Below are positions 8,655 through 16,837 of a DNA stretch of 64,000 nucleotides, one piece after another. The first letter of the stretch is position 1. The number at the start of each line of letters is the position of its first letter. The notes below the pieces were generated by a model that was given only the letters and a program-made list of their open reading frames with translations, searched no databases and was not told the origin of the DNA. Both the position numbers and the translations under genes were made by a program. The DNA is from Verrucomicrobiota bacterium (GTDB taxonomy: Bacteria; Verrucomicrobiota; Verrucomicrobiia; Limisphaerales; SXTU01). The stretch spans positions 1,801 through 65,800 of the forward strand of contig VHDH01000008.1 of NCBI GenBank assembly GCA_016871445.1. The letters run 5' to 3'.

Positions 8655-8905
8655 TAATCCGAACCAGCGATGGTCTGGAGCGTCATCAACACCATGGAAC
8701 CGCTCGTGGTGGGCACGACGCAGCAGCGCGGGTGAAACCACGTGGGCCCGCTACCATCGCGGCCCCAGCGGAGCGTGACCTTTTCGATGCTGGCGATGAA
8801 CTCGGCGCGCTGGGTGCCGGCTTGCGCAAGGGCGCACGAGGTAGAGGCCGCGAGGGCAGCTCCGGATTGAAGGAAGGCGCGGCGGGAACAAACACTAACG
8901 GGCAT
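7661..8905 (-). CDS. Tat-secreted Asp-box propeller protein (sialidase-superfamily-like glycoside hydrolase candidate)
   Basis: The Tat-like signal is MPVSVCSRRAFLQSGAALAAS. Asp-box-like motifs are TTRDLGKTW and SEDGLKW. The track ORF extends to 8965, but I prefer the ATG at 8905 that precedes the RR motif. Confidence 0.8.
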   Translation of the reverse strand: MPVSVCSRRAFLQSGAALAASTSCALAQAGTQRAEFIASIEKVTLRWGRDGSGPTWFHPRCCVVPTTSGSMVLMTLQTIAGSDYFGPVHSMTTRDLGKTWTDPQPVPPLGRVQPGNNLTEEGVCDVTPEWHPQTKSVLALGHNVFYSGPRFSADQPPRWPIYAVWRDGKWGPRRKLYWNDPRGAYIYSNNCGQRIVLPNGDIQMSFTFGATKSEARAVTGVICGFDGETLTVKHVGEPITNAKGRGLLEPSVTQFNGRFFLTIRAEDSRGYVCASEDGLKWTPKQPWAWEDGMPLDLSTTQQHWLTHSDALFLVYTRKDASNVNVLRWRAPLWVAQVDPRTLRLRRDTERVVLPLVGDGVKDPDRVAIMGNFHTTNVSPDESWVTVGEWQPKNGIKGDLLLARIRWHRPNRLAG

Positions 8906-9059
8906 GCCTGAGGGTAGTTGGGGGCGGTTGGTCGGCAAGCAATTTGAACCCCTATGATGCTTCACCGAAAAAGGGTTTGGCGGGCCATGATCCAGCGCTG
9001 ATGGTCCCGCCGAAAGGAGTAGCCTTGCCCCGCGGCGGCGAAGTGGGCATTAACACGGC

Positions 9060-9425
9060 ATGAACTATTTGTTCGCAGGCTTGATTGGCATCATCGGCGG
9101 CTTCACCAGTGGGATGTTTGGGGTGGGGGGCGGCGTAGTAATGGTGCCGGCTATGCTGCTCCTGCTCAGCTCACAGGTGACCGATATCAAGCAGGCCATT
9201 GGCACGTCACTTGCCGTCATCGTGCCAACCGCGCTGGTCGGCACTTGGAAACATCACACGCAGGACAACGTGAAGTGGGACGTGATGGCGGCACTGTTAC
9301 CCACCGCGCTTGCCGGCGGTTACCTCGGCGCGTGGCTAACGACGAAGATTCAAGCAGATGATCTCAAGAAGGCGTTCGGTGGCTTCCTCGTGCTGGTGGG
9401 TTGCCGGCTCTTGTTCTTCAAGTAG
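9060..9425 (+). CDS. TauE/SafE-family (DUF81) membrane protein, half-size
   Basis: The sequence GIIGGFTSGMFGVGGGVVMVPAMLLL and the overall TM pattern fit the family. It is 121 aa. Confidence 0.75.
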   Translation: MNYLFAGLIGIIGGFTSGMFGVGGGVVMVPAMLLLLSSQVTDIKQAIGTSLAVIVPTALVGTWKHHTQDNVKWDVMAALLPTALAGGYLGAWLTTKIQADDLKKAFGGFLVLVGCRLLFFK

Positions 9426-9491
9426 CGGCCGTGTCGTTCTGGTTTTTCCTTTTCATCAAGAAAACCTTTCGCCAGCTTCCGCGCTGCACCT

Positions 9492-10532
9492 ATGGCAAGA
9501 GCGCATTCTTACAAATTCTGTTTCGGCCCTTGGAACATCAGCGAAGGCCAGGACCCCTACGGCCCGCCTGTCCGCCAACCGCAGTCCTTCGACTGGAAGC
9601 TTGCGCAGCTCAAGAAGCACGGCTTCGACGCGATGATGTTTCACGATGACGACGCGGTGCCAAATCTCGAGGGCAAGTCGGCCAAGCAAATCGTCAAGGA
9701 AGCGCGCGAGTTGAAGAAACGCCTCGACGGCCTCGGTCTCGTCGCCGAGATGGTCGCGCCGCGGCTGTGGTTCCACCCGAACACCGTGGATGGCGCCTAC
9801 ACCAGCAACGATCCCAAGTGCCGCGCCTATGCCATTGAGCGCTCCAAGGTCTGCATCGACATCGCCCGTGAGTTGGACACCGATGTCATCGTCCTCTGGC
9901 TCGCCCGCGAGGGCAGCTACATCCGCGAGTCCAAGAACGCCCGGCGCGCTATGGATCAGCTCGTGACCGCGTTTGATGCGATGCTTGGCTACGACAAGCG
10001 CATCCGCCTCGCCATCGAGCCGAAGCCCAACGAGCCGATGGACCATGCCTACATTCCCACCATCGGCCATGCGCTTGCCATCGCTCAACTCACGCGCGAC
10101 CCCAAGCGCGTCGGCTGCCTCATCGAGAGCGCGCACGCCATCCTCGCCGGCCTCGACCCGGCGGACGAAATTGATTTTGCCTGCGCCTTCGGAAAACTCT
10201 GGTCGCTCCATCTCAACGACCAGAACGGCCTCAAGTATGACCAGGACCGCCCGTTCGGTTGCACGAACCTCCGCAGCGCCTTCGACCAAATCCGCGCGCT
10301 AGAGCGGAACGGCTACGGGAAGAAGGGCGAATACGTGTGCTTCGACGTGCATCCCTTCCGCACCACTAAGGAAGCGCACTGGCTCGACCACCTCACGAAC
10401 AGCCGCCGCACTTTCCTCCGCCTGCTGGACAAGGTCCGCAGCTTCGATGAGAAGGCCGCGCAAGCCCTCGTCGCCGACCGCAACTATCAGGCGCTCGATC
10501 AGATGGTCATCGAGCACCTGATGGGGAAGTAA
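9492..10532 (+). CDS. xylA: xylose isomerase, class I-like (short form)
   Basis: Motifs KFCFGPWNI, MMFHDDDAVP, LAIEPKPNEP and LHLNDQNGLKYDQDRPFG match my recollection of actinobacterial XylA signatures. It is 346 aa. Confidence 0.7.
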   Translation: MARAHSYKFCFGPWNISEGQDPYGPPVRQPQSFDWKLAQLKKHGFDAMMFHDDDAVPNLEGKSAKQIVKEARELKKRLDGLGLVAEMVAPRLWFHPNTVDGAYTSNDPKCRAYAIERSKVCIDIARELDTDVIVLWLAREGSYIRESKNARRAMDQLVTAFDAMLGYDKRIRLAIEPKPNEPMDHAYIPTIGHALAIAQLTRDPKRVGCLIESAHAILAGLDPADEIDFACAFGKLWSLHLNDQNGLKYDQDRPFGCTNLRSAFDQIRALERNGYGKKGEYVCFDVHPFRTTKEAHWLDHLTNSRRTFLRLLDKVRSFDEKAAQALVADRNYQALDQMVIEHLMGK

Positions 10533-10673
10533 TTCAGTTTTCGAAAAGCGACAAGCAAGCTCAGGAAATTTCCCCGCGCTGTCGCTGCTCTTGCATCTAG
10601 TAAGCGTTCAACCAAGTCGTCGTTCAGTCCCGCAAGTAACTTGGCAATAACGGCGGCAAGCTAGAAGAACCGC

Positions 10674-11321
10674 TTGTTTTTAGCTTTTCGTCTGCTCGAT
10701 AAGGGAATTGCTTGGCCGTGCCGTGCCGGGTTCTTACCCTTCACTGCTATGGCCCGCTCCGGCCCGCATAACTTTACGTCCGCCTTGCAAGCCAGCTTCC
10801 TGCTGGTAGGCCTGATGTTTTTCATCAAGGCGGTCGAGTTGATTGGGCAAATTTCCTTCGCTGGCTTCGGGATCGTGCCGCGTGACGAACGCGGGCTGAT
10901 CGGTCTGCTCTTCAGCCCGCTCCTCCACGGCAACGCCGCGCACCTGCTCGCTAACGCCGCGCCGCTGTTCGTGCTGCTCACGCTGCTATTCTGGGATCGC
11001 AAGTACCACCCGTGGCGCACGCTGGCCCTTATCTGGCTGGCGAGCGGCTTGGGCACGTGGCTCATCGGGCGCAGCATGACCGATGGCCAGCCCACCGTCC
11101 ACATCGGGGCCAGCTCGGTGATTTACGGGCTGGTGGTGTATCTGCTGGTCGCGGGCTTTCTGATGGACAGTTGGCGCGCCGTCTTTGTGGCCGTGGGTGT
11201 GGGTGTGGCCTACGGCGGCATCATCTACGGAGTGCTGCCGCAATCCGGCCCCATCTCGTGGGAAGGCCACTTGTGCGGGGCCATTGCTGGTTGCTTGACC
11301 GCAAGGCACAACCATGCATGA
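10674..11321 (+). CDS. rhomboid-family intramembrane serine protease
   Basis: HIGASSVIYGL carries the catalytic Ser motif and WEGHLCGAIAG carries the His motif. The protein is multi-TM. The ATG at 10749 is an alternative start. Confidence 0.8.
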   Translation: MFLAFRLLDKGIAWPCRAGFLPFTAMARSGPHNFTSALQASFLLVGLMFFIKAVELIGQISFAGFGIVPRDERGLIGLLFSPLLHGNAAHLLANAAPLFVLLTLLFWDRKYHPWRTLALIWLASGLGTWLIGRSMTDGQPTVHIGASSVIYGLVVYLLVAGFLMDSWRAVFVAVGVGVAYGGIIYGVLPQSGPISWEGHLCGAIAGCLTARHNHA

Positions 11322-11521
11322 CGAGGGGTTCCAGCCAGCAACGGTTGCCATTCCCGAGTACGGTTCAAAAAACCGTCGTCGTTAAGAAATGGCTGCTGAA
11401 AAATCGGGAAAGAATCCGAGGCAGAGGCGCTCAGTTGCGAATAGATGGGAAGTTACGGTTTATTGGCACGGTGAAGCTTTTTTTTGCCGTACTTCGGGGT
11501 GTTCGTTAGACTCGTCCCCTA

Positions 11522-13204
11522 ATGGCAGACCAAAGCTCTCTCAACTGGAACTCGCGCAATGTCACCCGCGGTTGGCAGCGCGGCATTACGGCTTTCTATT
11601 GGGGCCTCGGCTTTAAGGAAGAGGACTTCGACAAGGCTCAAATTGGGATCGGCACGCCTTTGCTGGATGGAAATATCTGCAATGTGCATGCGCATGAGCT
11701 GGCGAAGCTCATCGCCCAAGGCTGCGCGGAGGCGGGTCTGGTAGGCTTCCCATTTGGCGTTTCGCCAGCGAGCGACAACATCACACAGGGCAACATCGGC
11801 GGCGCGGCCTCGCTTTGCTCGCGTAACCTCATGGCGAACGGAGCGGAGATGATCTGCACGGCGCACAGCTACGATGCCATCATCGGCCTGCATCATTGCG
11901 ACAAAAACGGTCCGGCTTTTGCTATGGCGTTGGCCCGCACGAACTTTCCCGGACTCATCGTCAACGGTGGCAGCATCATGCCAGGCTGCCACCAAGGGCA
12001 ATCGACGAGCATTCTTGATGTTTATGACGCTGCCGCGAGGGAAGCGCAGGGCACCATGAGCTGGGAGGAGAGCGAGCAGATCATCCGCACGGCCTGCCCC
12101 GGTCCTGGCGGGTGCGGCATCGCGGCGTCCTTTAATACTTGGGGTATTACGCTTGAAGCGATGGGGCTCAGCTTGCCCGACACCTCCTCGATGCCAGCCA
12201 TTGAGGCCGGCAAGCGCGAGGAATGCCTCCGCGTTGGCAAAGCGGTGCGCCAATTGCTCGAAAAAAACATTCGGCCGCGAGACATCATCACGAAGCAGTC
12301 GCTGACGAATGCCATGACGGCCATCGCGGCCATCGGCGGCAGTACAAACGGCGTGATTCACCTCCTCGCCGTCGCTCGCGAGGCCGGTGTAGATTTCACA
12401 TTGCGCGATGTACAGGCAATTTGCCGCAAAGTGCCGGTGCTGTGCAGCTTCGCACCTCGTGGCCGCGGGACGATGGTCGATCTCCACCGCCTTGGCGGCA
12501 CTACGATGCTATTGAAGCACATCTCTGATGCTGGATTGCTCATTGGCTCGTGCCTGACCGTCACTGGCCAGACTTTGGCTGAAAACCTCGCCCGCGCCAA
12601 AGCAGTGCCTTTTCCGAACAATCTTATCGCGCCGCACGACCAGCCCTTTAAAGAGTATGCCGACATCCAAGTGTGTTTCGGCAACCTCGCGCCGCACGGG
12701 ATGGTTTTTAAAGTGTCTTCGCTCAAAAAGCCTTACTTCTGCGGCCGCGCGATCTGCTTCGAGAACAGCAAAGGCGTCTTCGAAGCTGCTGCTCAAGGTC
12801 GAATCAAGCCAGGCCACATTGTCATTATCCGCGGCAGCGGCCCGGTGGCGCTCGGCATGCCAGAGATGCACGTGGCTAGCGCCGCGCTGGCCGTGCCGGA
12901 GTTGTATGGCAAGGTCGCGCTCATCACCGATGGCCGCGTCTCCGGCGTCTCCGCCGGCGCGGTGGGTGTTCATTGCACGCCCGAGGCCGTTTTGGGCGGT
13001 CCCATCGCCAAAGTGCAGGACGACGACGAAATCGAGTTCGACCTTTTGAAGGGCACCATCGCCGTCAAAGCCGACCTGGAGGCTCGAAAAGCCGAACCGG
13101 TCGAAGTTTCGCATCCCTTCGGTTACCTCGCCGACTTCGCCGCGACGACTTCGCAGGCACATGAAGGCTGCGTGCCAAAGTGGACACTCTCCAAGCGATC
13201 ATAA
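11522..13204 (+). CDS. IlvD/Edd-family dehydratase (dihydroxy-acid or sugar-acid dehydratase)
   Basis: It is 560 aa. Motifs include AQIGIGTPLLDGNICNVH, SDNITQGNIGGAASLCSRNLMANGAEM, HHCDKNGPAF and TDGRVSG. Confidence 0.85.
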   Translation: MADQSSLNWNSRNVTRGWQRGITAFYWGLGFKEEDFDKAQIGIGTPLLDGNICNVHAHELAKLIAQGCAEAGLVGFPFGVSPASDNITQGNIGGAASLCSRNLMANGAEMICTAHSYDAIIGLHHCDKNGPAFAMALARTNFPGLIVNGGSIMPGCHQGQSTSILDVYDAAAREAQGTMSWEESEQIIRTACPGPGGCGIAASFNTWGITLEAMGLSLPDTSSMPAIEAGKREECLRVGKAVRQLLEKNIRPRDIITKQSLTNAMTAIAAIGGSTNGVIHLLAVAREAGVDFTLRDVQAICRKVPVLCSFAPRGRGTMVDLHRLGGTTMLLKHISDAGLLIGSCLTVTGQTLAENLARAKAVPFPNNLIAPHDQPFKEYADIQVCFGNLAPHGMVFKVSSLKKPYFCGRAICFENSKGVFEAAAQGRIKPGHIVIIRGSGPVALGMPEMHVASAALAVPELYGKVALITDGRVSGVSAGAVGVHCTPEAVLGGPIAKVQDDDEIEFDLLKGTIAVKADLEARKAEPVEVSHPFGYLADFAATTSQAHEGCVPKWTLSKRS

Positions 13205-13499
13205 AGAGCTGCATCTAAGCGAACCTCGTTTACGTCGCCCGATCGCCTTCTGTTTGAAGCTGCTCGGCTAACAGAGGAAGCGTATCGCCGTCTTGGCCCC
13301 TGCGGTGAGTGTTGGGACTGCCGCCATGGTCAGGAAGCTTTGCAGAAGAAGAGTGGCGGATGAATGGGACGACCTTCAGAGGGCTCCGGCTCCTTCTTAA
13401 CTAGGTGATTTCCTGCTTGCGCTTTGGCATGGCGACGGGCACCAGAAAGTGGTGATAAGTCTGCCTTGTGTTTAGGCTGTCCCATAACTAAATCAAATT

Positions 13500-13955
13500 A
13501 TGCGCACGTATAAGATCTTGTTGCTCTCAGCTTTTCTAGGGGCAGCACTCTCACTGTCCGCAGCCGAAAAGCGTTTGGAATCCACCACCCTTAAACCCAA
13601 CATCTTTGGCGAGACCAAGACTGTGACCAAAGATTCCTCCGGGCGCGTCGTAAGCGAGTCCACGGCCGCCAAGCCAAATATCTTCGGTGAGATCAAAACT
13701 GTGACCAAGGATTCCTCCGGGCGTATCATTAGCGAGTCAACCACCTCTAAACCTAACATCTTTGGCGAGATCAAGACTGTGACCAAAGATTCCTCCGGGC
13801 GCGTCGTAAGCGAGTCCACGGCCGCCAAGCCAAATATCTTCGGTGAGATCAAAACTGTGACCAAGGATTCCGCTGGGCGTATCATTAGCGAGTCAACCAC
13901 CAGCAAGCCCAACATCTTTGGCGAGACCAAGACCGTGACCCAGGATAAGAAGTAA
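13500..13955 (+). CDS. secreted tandem-repeat protein (26-aa KPNIFGE.KTVTKDSSGR..SEST.. units)
   Basis: The signal peptide is MRTYKILLLSAFLGAALSLSAA. It is followed by 4.6 repeats that alternate between two subtypes. Confidence 0.75.
   Translation: MRTYKILLLSAFLGAALSLSAAEKRLESTTLKPNIFGETKTVTKDSSGRVVSESTAAKPNIFGEIKTVTKDSSGRIISESTTSKPNIFGEIKTVTKDSSGRVVSESTAAKPNIFGEIKTVTKDSAGRIISESTTSKPNIFGETKTVTQDKK
13593..13955 (+). repeat. 78-bp coding tandem repeat organised as a 156-bp higher-order repeat
   Basis: Units start at 13593, 13671, 13749, 13827 and 13905. Segment 13631-13786 versus 13787-13942 is identical over the first ~85 nt, with about 10 differences afterwards. Confidence 0.9.
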
Positions 13956-14137
13956 TTCCTGATCCAAACTTAACGCTTGCTGAGAAGCCGATCCGTAGAA
14001 GCCAGTTTGCTCACAGCGAGATCAGCCCGCTGAAGGAAATTTTCAACGCACTCCATAATTTTTTTTAAGCCTCAGGTAAGACTCACAAGAAATTCTAAAT
14101 CACACAGGGACAATCCGTTAGTTTTTCAGCCAGCAAC

Positions 14138-15238
14138 TTGTCAACATTCACTCTTTCAAAACCGGACGCAGATCCATCAGTTGGCAATCCCGCCCGCATC
14201 CTGTCCTTGGATCAGTTCCGCGGTTATACGGTAGCGGGAATGTTTCTGGTTAATTGGCTGGGTGCCTTCGTGGTCATGCCGGAAATCCTCAAGCATCACC
14301 GCTCTTGGTGTAGCTATGCGGACACTATCATGCCGCAGTTCTTCTTCGCTGCGGGCTTCGCACTGCGTTTGGTGTATAGCCGCAACGCGGAGAAGTTTGG
14401 CCCCTGGGCCGCGCATAGACAGGCTTTGCGGCGCGGCTTGGGGTTGTTCATTTTTGGCGTTGTGTTCTACGAATTGGGAGGCTCATGGAAAAACTGGGCA
14501 GCTTTAGTGGAGGCCGGGTGGAGCGGTTTTTTTTCGCTAAAGGTCTGGGCGAATCCCTTTCAGGCACTGACGCACATTGGCGCGACGAGCTTGTGGTTGG
14601 TGCCAGTGTTGGCACGCGGCGCGCCTGTGCGAATTGCCTTTGCGCTGCTAAGCGCCGGGCTGCATCTGTGGCTTTCGCATCGCTTCTGGTTCGACACGCT
14701 CATCCACAGCGGGGTCATTGATGGTGGCCCGCTGGGATTCCTCACGTGGACCCTGCCCACCGTGGCGGGCACGCTGGCTTACGACGCCGTGCGCGGTGGC
14801 CGGTCAATGTGGCACCTTATCGCTTGGGGTGTAACTCTCATGCTAGCGGGCTACGCGCTTGCTTGTTTGGCCAATGGTGGTGGCTGGGCCATCCCGCCAT
14901 TTTTTGCAAACCCGCGTTCGCACGACCTGTGGACCATGAGCCAAAAAGCGGGTAGCGCGTCTTACCTGCTGTTTTCGGCCGGTTTCTCGCTCGCGCTGTA
15001 TGCTTTGTTCCGTTCGCTCTGCGATGGACGCGGTTGGCGGCTGACTATGTTTCACGACTTAGGTAGCAACGCGTTGGCCGCCTACATCATTCACATGCTG
15101 GTCATGGCGTGTTTGAAAACTCTCTGCCCGAAGGACTCGCCCGCGTGGTGGGTCTTGGGGATGGGCGCGGTGCATTTTGGGCTCATCTGGTGGATGGTGC
15201 GCTGGCTGAACCGTCACGCGCTCTATCTGCGGCTATAA
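14138..15238 (+). CDS. multi-TM acyltransferase-like protein (heparan-alpha-glucosaminide N-acetyltransferase / DUF1624-DUF5009-like)
   Basis: The N-terminus RILSLDQFRGYTVAGMFLVNW is followed by many TM helices. The start codon is TTG. Confidence 0.6.
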   Translation: MSTFTLSKPDADPSVGNPARILSLDQFRGYTVAGMFLVNWLGAFVVMPEILKHHRSWCSYADTIMPQFFFAAGFALRLVYSRNAEKFGPWAAHRQALRRGLGLFIFGVVFYELGGSWKNWAALVEAGWSGFFSLKVWANPFQALTHIGATSLWLVPVLARGAPVRIAFALLSAGLHLWLSHRFWFDTLIHSGVIDGGPLGFLTWTLPTVAGTLAYDAVRGGRSMWHLIAWGVTLMLAGYALACLANGGGWAIPPFFANPRSHDLWTMSQKAGSASYLLFSAGFSLALYALFRSLCDGRGWRLTMFHDLGSNALAAYIIHMLVMACLKTLCPKDSPAWWVLGMGAVHFGLIWWMVRWLNRHALYLRL

Positions 15239-15571
15239 AACGCTTTTAGGGCGCTGGCACTGGCCGAGCAACAGCGGTTCTAGAAACGGTAACGTGCCAC
15301 CCGTCGCCTTGGGGCCAAGGCGCACCATGGTCGTAGCGTTTCAGCATGTGTTGTCTCGTTTTGCACCACGCCGGGCATTACTCGGCACAAGATCTACTCG
15401 AATCAGCTTGAATTAGTGCTGATTAGGCCCGTTACACAATGATGCAACAACCGTGCCGCAGACCGTAAGAGCGTCTCGGCATTCGATGGGGACAATTGGA
15501 AATGCGCCCTTACGTCAGCCCTACCTTTTTCTCCTTTTCCGTCTCGCGCCCCCGCGCATACTCGCCGCCTT

Positions 15572-16831
15572 ATGGACCGACTGCCAGGCTTCCGGGATTT
15601 CTACCCTGAACCGTTGCCGCCGACGAAGGACGAGTTGTGGAGCATGGACGCCCGCAACTATCTATTCGACACGTGGCGCGCGGTCGCCCGTCGTTACGGT
15701 TTCCGCGAATATGACGGTCCACCACTGGAGCCGCTGGAGCTTTATACCAACAAGTCGGGCGAGGAAATTGTGGGCCAGCTCTTCAACTTCACCGACAAGG
15801 GCGAGCGTGCCGTTGCGATGCGTCCCGAGATGACGCCTACGCTCGCGCGCATGGCTGCTGCGCAAGAACGCGCTTACAAAAAGCCCTTCAAGTGGTTCTC
15901 CATCCCGCAACTGTTCCGCTATGAGAAGCAGCAGAAGGGCCGCAAGCGCGAGCACTTCCAGCTCAATTGCGATATCCTCGGCGAGCACGACCGGGCGGCC
16001 GATGCCGAACTCGTTGCGCTGCTCATCGACTCGTTGCGTGCGCTCGGCTTGACTAATGCGGACTTCGTCGTGCGTCTCAGCAGCCGCAACGCATGGACCG
16101 AGCTCTTCGCCTCCCGCTGCACTGATGCAGCGAAGTCCTACGATTTCTTTCAAATCGTGGACAAACTGGACCGTACCCGCCCCGAGGAAAGCGCTGCTAA
16201 GCTCGCCCCGCTTGGCTTCCAACTCGAGGAGGTCCAAGCCTTCATCACCAGCGGCCAGCCCAACGCGGAACTCCAGCTCATCCTCAACCAGCTTGCCGCG
16301 CGTGGCCTGCGCGAGTACGTGCGTGTGGATTATGGGGTCATCCGCGGCCTCGCGTATTACACTGGCCCCGTCTTCGAAGCTTTCGACATCAAGGGCGAGT
16401 TTCGCGCTATTTGTGGCGGTGGGCGTTACGACCACCTCATCAAGCAGGTGAGCGGTGGCAAGGTAGATCTCCCCGCGCTTGGCTTCGGCATGGGGGATGT
16501 GGTGCTACTAGAGTTACTGAAATCTCGCGGCCTCTTGCCGCAGTTCACCGCTGGCCTGAACGCCTACGTGCTGATCGAGGACGAATCCCTACGGGTAGAC
16601 TCGCTCCGCTTGGTGCAACAACTACGCGAGGCCGGTTTGCCCACTGAGTTCAGCCTCACGCCTGCCAAAGGTGACAAGCAATTCAAGCGCGCCCTTGAAC
16701 TTAATGCCTCCCATGCCGTACGCCTCGAACGTCAACCGGACGGCTCTTTGATCGCAAAGCTAAAGCACCTAAAATCCCGCGAGGAAGTTGTCCTCGCTCC
16801 GTCTGCGGTGGCCCAACACCTCGCCCACTGA
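15572..16831 (+). CDS. hisS: histidine--tRNA ligase
   Basis: Motifs include LPGFRDFYPE, GERAVAMRPEMTPTLARM, FRYEKQQKGRKREHFQ and GGGRYD. Confidence 0.93.
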   Translation: MDRLPGFRDFYPEPLPPTKDELWSMDARNYLFDTWRAVARRYGFREYDGPPLEPLELYTNKSGEEIVGQLFNFTDKGERAVAMRPEMTPTLARMAAAQERAYKKPFKWFSIPQLFRYEKQQKGRKREHFQLNCDILGEHDRAADAELVALLIDSLRALGLTNADFVVRLSSRNAWTELFASRCTDAAKSYDFFQIVDKLDRTRPEESAAKLAPLGFQLEEVQAFITSGQPNAELQLILNQLAARGLREYVRVDYGVIRGLAYYTGPVFEAFDIKGEFRAICGGGRYDHLIKQVSGGKVDLPALGFGMGDVVLLELLKSRGLLPQFTAGLNAYVLIEDESLRVDSLRLVQQLREAGLPTEFSLTPAKGDKQFKRALELNASHAVRLERQPDGSLIAKLKHLKSREEVVLAPSAVAQHLAH

Positions 16832-16837
16832 ATTATC

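Noticed and set aside
9060-9425. The half-length TauE/SafE gene considered as a truncated pseudogene.
   Set aside because: It has clean start and stop codons with intact flanks. Stand-alone proteins of about 120 aa in this family exist, and they probably dimerise.
13593-13955. The regular 78-bp repeats considered as a CRISPR-like array.
   Set aside because: The repeats are contiguous with no unique spacers. They are in frame within a signal-peptide-bearing ORF and encode a coherent 26-aa unit.
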